Origin: Gemmatimonadota bacterium
GTDB lineage: Bacteria; Gemmatimonadota; Gemmatimonadetes; Gemmatimonadales; GWC2-71-9
Length of the DNA stretch: 64,000 nt
Assembly (NCBI GenBank): GCA_039586365.1
Contig: JBDHKN010000008.1
Location: 26,721-90,720, forward strand
Reading direction: 5' to 3'
This document shows positions 27,905 through 37,858 of the stretch, piece after piece. Numbering within the stretch: position 1 is the first letter of the stretch; every line of letters starts with the position of its first letter. Both the position numbers and the translations under genes were made by a program. The notes below the pieces were generated by a model that was not told the DNA's origin, did no database searches, and saw only the letters and a list, made by a program, of their open reading frames with translations.

Positions 27905-30186
27905 CAGCCATTTGGAGCATAGCCCGGCGAGAGCTGCGATCGCTGTTCGATCATCCGACTGGGTACATTCTACTCGTCGTGTTCGTCGGGCTCAACAACT
28001 TCCTCTATTTCCGGCAGGCGTACATCACGGGGATAGCATCCTTGCGGCCCATGCTGGATCTACTCCCCTGGATGTTCCTCTTCTTCATTCCAGCGGTGAC
28101 AATGCGCGCGTTAGCTGAGGACCTGCGAGCAGGGACCCTTGAGGTGGTGCTGGCGCAACCGATAACCGAGACCGAGTTGCTCGCCGGGAAGTACCTGGGC
28201 GAGCTGCTCTTCATCCTGATAGCGCTGGCTGTGACTCTAGCCATTCCTTTGGGTCTCAGCCTGGGAGCTGACCTTCAGGTGGGAGTCATGGTCGCCCAGT
28301 ACGTGGGATCGGCACTGTTTGCGGCCGGCTTTGTGGGGGTTGGGATATGGGCCTCCAGCTTGGGCAGGAACCAGATTACGGCCTTCATAGTTGGAGTCGC
28401 CGTGATGTTTCTGCTGATCTTCCTCGGCTTGAACCAACTCGTTGTCGGTCTGCCGCCGGTACTCGGCACAATGGCTGCCAGCCTCAGTGTACTGTCCCAC
28501 TTCGCCAACGTTACCAGAGGCGTAATCGATCTCAGGGATGTCGTGTATTTCCTGACGCTGACTGCGATCTTCCTCGCGCTGGCATATCTGGCCATCATGA
28601 ACCGCAAGCTGGCCCCGCGAGGTGACGCCCTGAAACGGCTGCGACTCGGGACCGGACTGATCGTGATTGCCCTGATAGTGGTCAATCTCTTCGGCCGGCA
28701 CATTGGTGGTCGGCTCGATCTCACACCGGGGAACGTCTACACTCTTTCGGGAGCAACGAAGGGCCTCTTGGGAGATCTTGCGGACTTCGTGACGATCAAG
28801 CTGTTCGTGTCTCGTGAGCTGCCACCGGAGATAGCGCTGCTCAAACGAGATATCGATGATGTATTGAGCGACTTTCGTTCAGCTGGCAAGGGCAAGGTCC
28901 GTGTTGTGGAACTCGACCCCGCAGATGACTCCGAAGCTGCCGCAGAGGCTCAATCCTTGGGCATCCCCCCGGTGCAGTTCAATGTTGTGGGTCAGGCGGA
29001 GTTGCAGGTCAAGGAAGGGTACTTGGGCTTGGCTGTGCAGTTTGCCGATGAGAGCGAGACGATCCCCCTGGTGCAGCGGACTGACGACCTGGAGTATCGC
29101 CTCGCCTCATACGTACGCACGTTGACCAGGGAGGCTGAGCCCGTTGTCGGTATAGTGGAAGAACAGGGACCCGCCCAGGAGCAGACTGGCGGAGTCAATT
29201 ACCTCCGACAGCAGCTCGCGGAGATGTACGAGGTTCGTACAGTTTCTGTGGATTCCGATACGCTTCTCCCACGGGAGTTCGAAACGCTCATCTTCGCCGG
29301 CTCGCCAATGACAGCTGCTGACTCAGTGGTCGACAAGATAAGACATTACCTTGAGCTTGGTGGCAATGCGCTGGTCATGGCGAGCGGAATGCAATTGTCG
29401 CCCCAAGCAGGGCAACCGTTTGCAGGCCCCATGCCTGTGGCGTGGAATCGGATTCTGGAACCGTACGGCGTCTCCATCAAGGCCGACATGGTCTACGATC
29501 TCGCATCCAACGAGCAGGCCTCCATACCGGGATCGATCCCGGGATTCCGTGTCTTCGTGAGCTATCCGTTTTGGATACGTGCACTCAGCACCAAGCAGGC
29601 GAGTGTGAATCAAGACATCGAGTCAGTGTTCATGCCTTGGTCTAGTCAGATAGACACGTCCGAGGCCGTCGCCGGCACGGTGACTCCGCTATTCACAACC
29701 AGCCAAGCGGGTGGCGTGGAGGAAGGCCAAGCGTTCATTGCACCGCAACGGGATGACTATCCGCGAGACGATCTGGCGCCACGATTGGTAGGGGTGATGA
29801 TAAACCCGTTCACGGCCGACAGCGCAGGAGGGACGAGTCAATCCGACGAACAGGTCCGGCAGCTTCCCAGTGGTCGACTCGTTGTGCTGGGCAACGGCGA
29901 GTTCGCGCGGGATGCGTGGGTGCGCAATGCTACGCACAATCTGGTCTTCCTGGTAAACGCGGTGGATTGGTTGATGCAGGATGAAGGCTTGATCGCCATA
30001 CGCTCCAAGAACCGCTCATCGCCACCGCTAGTATTCGAGAGCGAGGCGACGCGCGACTTCGTCAAGTACGGTAACGTCATGGCGGTTCCGCTCTTGATCG
30101 CTCTTGCAGCGATCGTGAGGCTTCTTCAGCGGAAGCGATCTACGCAGCGCAAATACGCACCACTCGCAGGTTCGGAGGGGGTATGA
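27901..30186 (+). CDS. GldF-GldG-like fusion (ABC-2 permease plus auxiliary domain)
   Basis: IARRELRSLF, PAVTMR, GVIDLRD, RLDLT..YTLS, LEYRL, NAVDWL. Confidence 0.85.
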   Translation: MTAIWSIARRELRSLFDHPTGYILLVVFVGLNNFLYFRQAYITGIASLRPMLDLLPWMFLFFIPAVTMRALAEDLRAGTLEVVLAQPITETELLAGKYLGELLFILIALAVTLAIPLGLSLGADLQVGVMVAQYVGSALFAAGFVGVGIWASSLGRNQITAFIVGVAVMFLLIFLGLNQLVVGLPPVLGTMAASLSVLSHFANVTRGVIDLRDVVYFLTLTAIFLALAYLAIMNRKLAPRGDALKRLRLGTGLIVIALIVVNLFGRHIGGRLDLTPGNVYTLSGATKGLLGDLADFVTIKLFVSRELPPEIALLKRDIDDVLSDFRSAGKGKVRVVELDPADDSEAAAEAQSLGIPPVQFNVVGQAELQVKEGYLGLAVQFADESETIPLVQRTDDLEYRLASYVRTLTREAEPVVGIVEEQGPAQEQTGGVNYLRQQLAEMYEVRTVSVDSDTLLPREFETLIFAGSPMTAADSVVDKIRHYLELGGNALVMASGMQLSPQAGQPFAGPMPVAWNRILEPYGVSIKADMVYDLASNEQASIPGSIPGFRVFVSYPFWIRALSTKQASVNQDIESVFMPWSSQIDTSEAVAGTVTPLFTTSQAGGVEEGQAFIAPQRDDYPRDDLAPRLVGVMINPFTADSAGGTSQSDEQVRQLPSGRLVVLGNGEFARDAWVRNATHNLVFLVNAVDWLMQDEGLIAIRSKNRSSPPLVFESEATRDFVKYGNVMAVPLLIALAAIVRLLQRKRSTQRKYAPLAGSEGV

Positions 30187-31091
30187 ATCCGAAACAACTT
30201 AAACGTGTTGCGGTGGTCCTCGGAGTAGTGCTTGTCTTGTGGCTCTCAGCGGAACTCCTTGGTGGCGGGCGTGACGAAATGGAAACGGCGTTTGTCCTCC
30301 CTGCGTTGGAGGAAACCAACGTCGATTCAGTAGTGTTCGCGTCTGTGTCAGACACGATTGTGTTGGCGCGTTCGGGAGCTAGCTGGTTGGTGAATGGCTT
30401 CGAGGCGTCGCCCGATGAGGTGTCTGCTTTCTTCGATGCCGTAGCTGACTCGAGCGAGGCAGAACTCATCTCCACCAGTGCCTTGCTGCATGCCCGCATG
30501 GGAGTGGATACGGCAGGGGGAACGAGCCTGAAGTTGGTGGATGGTGCAGAGGTGGTGGCCGCACTCGTGTTTGGTAACGCCGGCCGCCAGTACAACACTC
30601 GCTATGTGCGACGCGACTCAAGCAACTTCGTTTACTTGTATGCAGGGGAAGTCAGCAGGTTCGTCCAGCGCGGTGTGGATGATTGGCGCAACAAGAGGAT
30701 GCTGGATATCGAGCCAGCCAGCCTGGGCGAGGTATCGGTTAGACGTGGGCGTGAGAGCTATACCCTAGTGCAGAGAGACAGTGTGTGGCGCTACTCCACA
30801 GGAGCGGCAGCCGACTCGGCTGCTGTTCGGCGAATGCTTGGCCAATACAGCCCCCTAGATGCGTCGGGTTTTGCGACAGAGCAGCAAGTCGACTCGGCTG
30901 ACTTTGAGCCACCGGATCGAAGCGTCACGATGCTGAGTCAATCTGGGGACACATTGGCGGCCCTCGTGTTCGATTCCACTGCCGCGGCCTTCTGGGTCCG
31001 GACGTCTCCGGGAGGCACGGTGTATCGTCTTCTTCAGTGGAAGGTGAATCAGATGATGCCGGCGGATAGCACGCTGCGCGAACGGGGATAG
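30183..31091 (+). CDS. DUF4340-like membrane-anchored protein
   Basis: N-terminal TM, YVRR, DWRNK; usual third gene of gldA/F/G-like operons. Confidence 0.7.
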   Translation: MNPKQLKRVAVVLGVVLVLWLSAELLGGGRDEMETAFVLPALEETNVDSVVFASVSDTIVLARSGASWLVNGFEASPDEVSAFFDAVADSSEAELISTSALLHARMGVDTAGGTSLKLVDGAEVVAALVFGNAGRQYNTRYVRRDSSNFVYLYAGEVSRFVQRGVDDWRNKRMLDIEPASLGEVSVRRGRESYTLVQRDSVWRYSTGAAADSAAVRRMLGQYSPLDASGFATEQQVDSADFEPPDRSVTMLSQSGDTLAALVFDSTAAAFWVRTSPGGTVYRLLQWKVNQMMPADSTLRERG

Positions 31092-31101
31092 GCTACGACC
31101 C

Positions 31102-31155
31102 GGGACGGTGAGGGCAACCCTCACCGTCCCTCACCGTCCCCTACCGTCCCTCACC
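31102..31155. repeat. Hairpin plus 10-mer tandem repeat (TCACCGTCCC)
   Basis: GGGACGGTGAGGG-CAA-CCCTCACCGTCCC then further 10-mer copies, between convergent genes. Confidence 0.85.
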
Positions 31156-33397
31156 TCGGTCCTGCAGCCAGATTCCTGTTCAGATACTCCGTCAACAGTG
31201 TGTATACGTGCAATGTCGTCCCGCGTCCCTCGTAGATCCCGTGCGACCGATTGGGATATGCCATCATCGTGAACTGTTTCCCGTTGGCAATCAGTTCATC
31301 GATCAGTCTTTCCGTGCCTTGATAGTGCACGTTGTCGTCGCCGGTGCCGTGGACGACGAGCAGGTTACCTTCGAGCTGACCGGCGTAGGTGATCGGAGAG
31401 GCCGCGCGGTAGTCCGCTTCGTTCTGCTGTGGCAGCCCCATGTAGCGCTCCTGATAGATGGTGTCGTACAGATGGACATCCGGCACAGGGGCAACCGACA
31501 TCCCCGTATGGTACAGGTCGGGACGGCGGAATAGCATGTTTAGGGTCATCGAGCCACCGCCGCTCCATCCCCAAATGCCAACTCTGTCGCTATCGATGTA
31601 TGGCCGCGTGCTGATCTCCCGCAGGGCCGCGGCCTGGTCCGCGGAGGCGTGGACTCCGATCTTACGATAGATGCCCTTGCGCCATGCGCGACCGCGGGGC
31701 GACCGCGTGCCGCGGTTGTCGATGCTCGCCACGATGTAACCCTGCTGTGTCAGCATCAGGTGCCAGAGATAGCGGCTGCCACCCCAGCGATCGGCAACCG
31801 TCTGGCCAGCTGGCTCTCCATACACGTAGAAGAAGATCGGGTATCTCTTGGATGGATCGAAGTCCGGTGGGAACATCATCCATCCGTCCAGTGGCGTTCC
31901 CTCTCCGTTGTCCACGCGGAAGAACTCGACTTCACCGCGATTCAACCCGGCAACGCTCCGCCGCACAGCGGCGTTCTCGACCAGAGTGCGGGCAACCTCG
32001 TGGCCGGGCAGCCGCACCAGGTCTGTCATGCCCGGGATGTCGAACCGCGAGAAGCTGTGGATTGCCCAACCGCCTCCAGGAGCAGTCTGGTATGTGTGCG
32101 TGCCAGGCTGATCGACCGGTGTGAGGCGTTCCGGGCTGCCCGACCCGTCGAGGCGTGTGCGGAACAGGTACCGTTGCGTGGGATCGTCGGGCGACGCCAT
32201 GTAGTACAGCCAGCCTCCATCCGCATCGATGTCTTGTACGCTCACAACGTCGTACTCGCCCGAGGTTACGGGCTTCAGCTCGCCGCTCGAGCGTGAGACG
32301 CGATACACATGCCGCCAGCCATCCCGCTCGCTTACCCAGGTGAACTCCGTACCACCCTCGAGCCAGTGCAGATCATCGACCACTTCCACCCAGGCTTCGT
32401 CCGTTTCGGTGAGCACGGTTCGCACTCGGCCAGAAGCCACATCGGCCAATAGCAGCTCGTTGGTGTTCTGGAGTCGATTCATGAACTGGATGAGTACTTC
32501 GTCGGAACTCGCCGCCCACTCCATGCGAGGGATGTAACTGTCTGCCGGATCACCGCGGACATCCATCCATGTGGTCTCCCCGCCGGCGGCGCTCACGACA
32601 CCGATACGCACGGCGGCGTTCAGCTCTCCGGCCTTGGGGTACGGGAATGTGACGATCTTGGGATAGAGGGAGTCGGTGTAGTTGATCAGCGTGAACCAGT
32701 TGACCGTCTTCGTGTCGAACTGCCAATACGCGATTCTGTCACCGTTGGGGCTCCACACGAAGCAGTCGCGCAGCCCGAACTCCTCTTCGTAGACCCAGTC
32801 CGACGTGCCGTTTACGATGGTCTCTGAACCGTCAGTCGTCAGTGCGGTGATACCCCCAGTGCCGAGGTCCTCGACGTAGATGTTGTTGCCCTGAACGTAG
32901 CCAACGCGCTCGCCATCCGGTGAGAACTTGGCGAACATCAGGCTCGCTTCGTCCGCGTGGCCGCCGAGTTGCTGCAGCATCCAACTGTCCAGGTCGAGCA
33001 CCCAGTAGTCGCCTCGCGTGTTGCTGCGCCAGACACGCCGAGTGTTGGTGAAGATGAGTAGCTTGGAGCCGTCAGCGGACCAGCGGTAGTCATCGATCAC
33101 GAGCGGTGTGTCTTCTCCGCGCGGGACCAGTCGGTCCGCCGGGACCATTACGGTGGGCTGTCCCGTGCTCGCGTCATACCGCACAATGTCAGTCCCGCGA
33201 CCGGAGCGAGAGCGCTCCAGAGTAGTATATGACCTGCCGTCCTCGAGCCAGCGCGCTGGGCCGAAGCGGGAACTGAAGAACTCGGGCGATGCGAAGACCC
33301 TCTCCAGGGAGACCTGGGATGAATCCCCTACCTGGGCCGTGATCGACAATGGGGCCGTAAGGAGTGCGATACCGACGAACAAGCGAATGGACTTCAC
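31151..33397 (-). CDS. Secreted dipeptidyl peptidase IV-like (S9B)
   Basis: DWVYEEE, YPKAG, GWSGGG, YDTIYQERYMG, HGTGDDNVH; AGGAG RBS before GTG 33397. Confidence 0.92.
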   Translation of the reverse strand: MKSIRLFVGIALLTAPLSITAQVGDSSQVSLERVFASPEFFSSRFGPARWLEDGRSYTTLERSRSGRGTDIVRYDASTGQPTVMVPADRLVPRGEDTPLVIDDYRWSADGSKLLIFTNTRRVWRSNTRGDYWVLDLDSWMLQQLGGHADEASLMFAKFSPDGERVGYVQGNNIYVEDLGTGGITALTTDGSETIVNGTSDWVYEEEFGLRDCFVWSPNGDRIAYWQFDTKTVNWFTLINYTDSLYPKIVTFPYPKAGELNAAVRIGVVSAAGGETTWMDVRGDPADSYIPRMEWAASSDEVLIQFMNRLQNTNELLLADVASGRVRTVLTETDEAWVEVVDDLHWLEGGTEFTWVSERDGWRHVYRVSRSSGELKPVTSGEYDVVSVQDIDADGGWLYYMASPDDPTQRYLFRTRLDGSGSPERLTPVDQPGTHTYQTAPGGGWAIHSFSRFDIPGMTDLVRLPGHEVARTLVENAAVRRSVAGLNRGEVEFFRVDNGEGTPLDGWMMFPPDFDPSKRYPIFFYVYGEPAGQTVADRWGGSRYLWHLMLTQQGYIVASIDNRGTRSPRGRAWRKGIYRKIGVHASADQAAALREISTRPYIDSDRVGIWGWSGGGSMTLNMLFRRPDLYHTGMSVAPVPDVHLYDTIYQERYMGLPQQNEADYRAASPITYAGQLEGNLLVVHGTGDDNVHYQGTERLIDELIANGKQFTMMAYPNRSHGIYEGRGTTLHVYTLLTEYLNRNLAAGPR

Positions 33398-33447
33398 GTA
33401 CGTCTCCTGGTTGATGGTGTGCAAACAAGGCGGGTGTGGACTACCCA

Positions 33448-35814
33448 CTAATAGGACACGTGTTCAGTGCGGGATATGATCTCGTCCTGGAGCGCCTTGC
33501 TGAGGTCACAGAAATAGTCGCTGTACCCGGCCACACGGACGATCAGATCACGGTACTTGTCGGGATTCTCCTGGGCGGCCCGTAGGGTCGCGGCATCCAC
33601 CACGTTGAACTGTATGTGGTGGCCGTCCATGCGGAAGTACGACCGCACCAAGTTGACGAATTTGTTGGTTCCTTCGTCCGTGGTCAGCAAACCGGGTGTG
33701 AGCTTCTGGTTGAGCAGTGTCCCCCCGGTACGCGCGTGGTCCATCTTGGCTACAGAGCGGAGCACCGCTGTCGGCCCGTGACGGTCTGCTCCCTGTACCG
33801 GCGACACTCCTTCGGAGAGAGGCTCCCAAGCTTTCCTGCTGTCGGGCAACGCACCCACAACCGAGCCGAAGTAGATGTGCACTGTAGTGGGTAACAGGTT
33901 GATGTGGTATTTGCCGCCCTTGGTGTTCGGTCTACCGTCGACCGCCTCGAAGTAAGCCTCGAACAACTCCCTCATCACGTCGTCGGCGTAGTCGTCGTCG
34001 TTGCCGAACTTGGGAGTGCGATCCCGTAGTGTCAGATGCAGCTTGTCATGGCCTGCGAAGTCATCGCGCAGCGCTTGTAGCATCTCAGCCATGCTGGTGG
34101 TACGTTGATCGAACACGTTGTACTTGAGTGCAGTGAATGCATCGGTAAGCGTGCCGAGCCCGACACCCTGGATGTACGAGGTGTTGTAACGGGCACCACC
34201 GTCGTGGTAATCCTTGCCGGTCTCGATGCAATCGTCTATCAGTAGTGACAGAAACGGAGTGGGAATGTGTGTGGCCCAGAGCCGCTCGATGACGTTGTTA
34301 CCCCTGACCTTGACGTCAATGAGATGACGCAACTGGGTTTTGTATGCGGCCATGAGGTCATCGAACGTGCCAAATGCACCGGGGTCTCCGGTGTCCAACC
34401 CAACCTGCTTGCCGGTCTTGGGGTCTCGCCCTCTGTACAGGGTCAACTCCAACACCTTGGGCATGTTGAAGTAACCGGTGAGGTTGTAGTTCTCCTTGCC
34501 GAAGGCACCCACCTCCACACAACCGCTAGAGCCACCGGCCCGCGCGTCTTCGACGGTCTTCCCCTGACGCACCAGTTCCTGCACGATCACGTCGACATTG
34601 AATATCGACGGCTGGCCGAATCCGGTGTCGATGATCTTGGATGCCCGTTTCAGGAACCGATCTGGGTTCTTTTTGCTGAGCTGCACGGACGAACTCGGCT
34701 GCAACAGACGCATCTCCTCTATGACGTCGAGCACTAAGAAGGTCGTCTCACTCACCGCATCCGTGCCGTCCTGCTTCACACCTCCGGTGTTGATCTGCGC
34801 GAAGTCAGTGTATGTACCACTCTCCGCAGCGGTGACCCCCACCTTGGGAGGGGCAGGGTGGTTGTTGAACTTGATCCAGAAACACTGCAGTAACTCTCGG
34901 GCGAACTCCTCGGTCAGCGAACCGTTGGCCGTGCCTTGGCTGTAGAACCCATCGAGATGCTGGTCCAGGTGCCCGGGGTTGAAAGAATCCCAGGTGTTCA
35001 GCTCCGTTACGACGCCGATGTGAACAAACCAGTAGTACTGCAGGGCTTCCCAGAAATCACGAGGAGGGCGAGCCGGGACGTGGCCACAGATCTCTGCGAT
35101 CCGCTCCAGCTCGGTTCGCCGTGCCGGATCGGACTCCAGCTCGGCCAAGCGTTTGGCCTCACGGGCATACCGAGCGGCAAACGCGATCAGCGCGTCTGCT
35201 GTGATGCTCATGGCCTTGAGCTGTTGCTGCTTGTCGTAGCTGCGGGGGTCGTTCAGGTCGTCGATCTTTTCGAGGCTCCGAGCAATGTCGTTTTTGAAGT
35301 CGAGAAATCCCTTGCAATAAATCTTGTCGTCTAGCACGGTGTGTCCCGGAGCACGTTGCTCCATGAACTCGGTAAACACGCCTGCCTCATACGCGGCCTT
35401 CCACTCGTCCGTCATCTCGGCGAAGAGCATGTCTCGCATCGTCTTCCCACTCCAGAACGGGATCAGGCGATCGCGGAACGCCTCCCTCACTGCTTCACTC
35501 ACCTTGAAGGGGATCTTCTCGCGCGTGTCGAGAATGTCCAGGTCCTCCAGGCTGTGACAGCATATCTCTGGGAATGTGGGTGTCGCTTTGGGTTGCGGCC
35601 CACGTTCGCCCACTATCAGCTCGCCATCGCCGATCCAGACTTTCTTGTGATCGAGCAAATATCGGAAGGCTAGGGCTCGCGTCACCGGAGCGGAGTAGGC
35701 GGTGTTCAAGGTCGTGTAGAATTCCGTGATCAGCTCACCGCGCTCCGCGGAGAGGGTGGCTGGTGCGTCGAGGCTTTCCTGCCTCAGTCGTTTTACTCGT
35801 TCACTGATTGGCAT
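33448..35814 (-). CDS. hypD: Glycyl radical enzyme, trans-4-hydroxy-L-proline dehydratase
   Basis: PEICCH, FTEFMEQRAPGH, WDSF, ESGTYTDF, SGCVE, LTGY, LPTT, VRVAGYS match the HypD active-site pattern as I recall it. Confidence 0.88.
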   Translation of the reverse strand: MPISERVKRLRQESLDAPATLSAERGELITEFYTTLNTAYSAPVTRALAFRYLLDHKKVWIGDGELIVGERGPQPKATPTFPEICCHSLEDLDILDTREKIPFKVSEAVREAFRDRLIPFWSGKTMRDMLFAEMTDEWKAAYEAGVFTEFMEQRAPGHTVLDDKIYCKGFLDFKNDIARSLEKIDDLNDPRSYDKQQQLKAMSITADALIAFAARYAREAKRLAELESDPARRTELERIAEICGHVPARPPRDFWEALQYYWFVHIGVVTELNTWDSFNPGHLDQHLDGFYSQGTANGSLTEEFARELLQCFWIKFNNHPAPPKVGVTAAESGTYTDFAQINTGGVKQDGTDAVSETTFLVLDVIEEMRLLQPSSSVQLSKKNPDRFLKRASKIIDTGFGQPSIFNVDVIVQELVRQGKTVEDARAGGSSGCVEVGAFGKENYNLTGYFNMPKVLELTLYRGRDPKTGKQVGLDTGDPGAFGTFDDLMAAYKTQLRHLIDVKVRGNNVIERLWATHIPTPFLSLLIDDCIETGKDYHDGGARYNTSYIQGVGLGTLTDAFTALKYNVFDQRTTSMAEMLQALRDDFAGHDKLHLTLRDRTPKFGNDDDYADDVMRELFEAYFEAVDGRPNTKGGKYHINLLPTTVHIYFGSVVGALPDSRKAWEPLSEGVSPVQGADRHGPTAVLRSVAKMDHARTGGTLLNQKLTPGLLTTDEGTNKFVNLVRSYFRMDGHHIQFNVVDAATLRAAQENPDKYRDLIVRVAGYSDYFCDLSKALQDEIISRTEHVSY

Positions 35815-36724
35815 ATGCTTCACCCTTTACGGAGACATCGAGTCCGAAGCCGACCAATGCCTGGGCTGCGGCAGCCACCTTGTCTTCAGACGGGGGGTCG
35901 GTGTCTCCCATGCGATATATCCGGCCGAGTCGGGAGTACTTGTCGCGACCGATCCTGTGGTAAGGCAGGATATCCACTGGATAACTGACAGGCAGCGAAG
36001 CAAGCAGCTGCCCGAGCTGTTCGATGTTGTCACCGTCGTCGTTTACACCCGACAGCAGCGGGAATCGAATGATCACCGCTGCATCGAGTTGAGCGAGCAG
36101 ACGTAAGTTCTCGATGACGGGTCCGTTGGACATGCCCGCAAATGACCAATGCCTGCCTTCGTCGATGAGCTTCAAGTCGTACAGAAAGAGATCCACCAGC
36201 GGCTGAACGGTCTCGACCAGGTGATTGGGAAAGTGCCCAGAAGTGTCGACTGCGGTCGAGATGCTGCTCTTCTCACATTCGCCCAGCAGTATCTGGAGGA
36301 ACTCCGGTTGCGACAGCGGTTCGCCTCCCGAGAATGTCACGCCTCCGCCCGACTCGTCGTAGTACAATACGTCCTTCTCAATCTCCTTCATGACCTCCGC
36401 GACGGTCACCTCTCGGCCTGCCATCTCCAGCGCGCCCGGAAGGCAGACCTCAGCACAGGAGCCGCACGAGTCACACTTCTCCCTGGCCAGTACCAATTCG
36501 CCGCCATCCAGAGAGATGGCGCCGAGCCGGCAGATCTCGAGGCAGTCCCGGCAGAGGTTGCACCGCTCCGAGCGCACGAAGAGGTCCGGCTTGGCGAGCT
36601 GACCCTCGGGGTTGTGACAGGCCCAGCAACTCAGAGGGCAGCCTTTCAGGAACACCGTCGTACGCACTCCGGGGCCATCGTGAATGGCGAAGCGCTTGAT
36701 GTCGAAGATGGTCCCGGTCGTCAT
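35801..36724 (-). CDS. Glycyl-radical enzyme activating enzyme (radical SAM with ferredoxin insert)
   Basis: HDGPGVRTTVFLKGCPLSCWACHNPE, two CxxCxxCxxxC, GGGVTFSGGEP. Confidence 0.93.
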   Translation of the reverse strand: MTTGTIFDIKRFAIHDGPGVRTTVFLKGCPLSCWACHNPEGQLAKPDLFVRSERCNLCRDCLEICRLGAISLDGGELVLAREKCDSCGSCAEVCLPGALEMAGREVTVAEVMKEIEKDVLYYDESGGGVTFSGGEPLSQPEFLQILLGECEKSSISTAVDTSGHFPNHLVETVQPLVDLFLYDLKLIDEGRHWSFAGMSNGPVIENLRLLAQLDAAVIIRFPLLSGVNDDGDNIEQLGQLLASLPVSYPVDILPYHRIGRDKYSRLGRIYRMGDTDPPSEDKVAAAAQALVGFGLDVSVKGEAYANQ

Positions 36725-36809
36725 TGCCACCCTTCTCTGAGCGGTCGATTCGATTGAAGGTCAAAGTTACACAGCTCTGGGAGGACGCATAAGCACCCCG
36801 ATCCTGGCT

Positions 36810-37496
36810 CTAATCCAGCAAATGCCTCACGTTCCGGAAGACCGAATACCACCTCTCTCGGGTCAATCGGCCTGTGTTGGTGTTCTGACGGCTGGGGTGG
36901 TACGACGACACGAGCGCCATTCCATCGGGCAGAGTCGCTGTCGCACCGTGAGAGAACTCCGGGCGGTCGCGCGGGGTGAGCATGTCCCACCACCCAGCTG
37001 CTTTGAGCCACCATTGATGGGCCAGTTGTCCCAGGACCAAGGTGGCTCTGACTTCGCTAAGCAGTTCCAACTCGGCGATGAGGAACCGCTGACAGGCCCG
37101 AAACTCACCCGGTGTCGGCTTGTTGCCGGGCGGAGCACAACGGGCGGCGGCGGTGATGTAGCAATCGGAAAGCTCGAGCCCGTCGTCTTGCGACACGGAC
37201 TGTGGTTGCTGGGCGAAACCGAACCGATGTAACGCCTCGTAGAGCCAATCACCGCTCGAGTCGCCCGTGAACATCCGGCCGGTACGGTTCGCCCCGTGAG
37301 CAGCCGGAGCAAGGCCGACGATCAGGAGTCGCGCTGCGGGATCTCCGAAACCGGGCACCGGCTTGCCCCAGTAGTCCCAGTCGGCGAACTGGCGCTTCTT
37401 CTTCCGCGCGATCTCGCTGCGATGCTCGACTAGGCGCGGGCAAGCCGTGCAGGTGGTGATCGAGAGGTTGAGCCCCTGGAGGGTTGGTCGCGTCAT
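36810..37496 (-). CDS. Uracil-DNA glycosylase, family 5 (Fe-S)
   Basis: CTACPRL, GLAPAAHGANRTGRMFTGD, CAPPGNKP, YHPSRQNTNTG. Confidence 0.9.
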   Translation of the reverse strand: MTRPTLQGLNLSITTCTACPRLVEHRSEIARKKKRQFADWDYWGKPVPGFGDPAARLLIVGLAPAAHGANRTGRMFTGDSSGDWLYEALHRFGFAQQPQSVSQDDGLELSDCYITAAARCAPPGNKPTPGEFRACQRFLIAELELLSEVRATLVLGQLAHQWWLKAAGWWDMLTPRDRPEFSHGATATLPDGMALVSSYHPSRQNTNTGRLTRERWYSVFRNVRHLLD

Positions 37497-37517
37497 GATG
37501 TAGGATACGGAGTATAG

Positions 37518-37668
37518 GGGAGCGCCTTAGAGGGAGCCGGGAGCGGAGAGCCGGGAGCAAAGTACTGCCCTTGGCAGATCGGATTACGAATCCTCTGCAG
37601 AAAGTACCGCTCCCCGCTCCCCGCTCTCTGCTCCCCACTCTCCGCTTCCCGCTCCCCGATCTCCGCTC
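37518..37668. repeat. Inverted arrays of 7-mer repeats (GGGAGCN ... GCTCCCC) around a ~50-nt core
   Basis: About 4 GGGAGC/GAGAGC units, a spacer, then about 8 degenerate GCTCCCC units. Confidence 0.75.
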
Positions 37669-37858
37669 ACTCTCTCCCGATACCCACCTTCTGGAGAATG
37701 GTCTCCATCAAACACCACCGCGTGAAACCCGACTGCAGCAGGTTGAGCCCCACAAACGCGGTGAAGAGATACCAATAGGGGCTCACCCAGTAGCCTAAAG
37801 CAAGCGATGCTAACACGAACGTTCCGGCGATGCGGCGAATGATGTAGTGCATCTTCAT
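37667..37858 (-). CDS. DUF2892 (YgaP-like membrane) protein
   Basis: RRIAG..FVGLNLLQSGFTRWC. Confidence 0.85.
   Translation of the reverse strand: MKMHYIIRRIAGTFVLASLALGYWVSPYWYLFTAFVGLNLLQSGFTRWCLMETILQKVGIGRE

Noticed and set aside
33448..35814. GRE as pyruvate formate-lyase or choline TMA-lyase
   Set aside because: Single-Cys GCVE loop rather than the PFL CC pair; other motifs fit HypD
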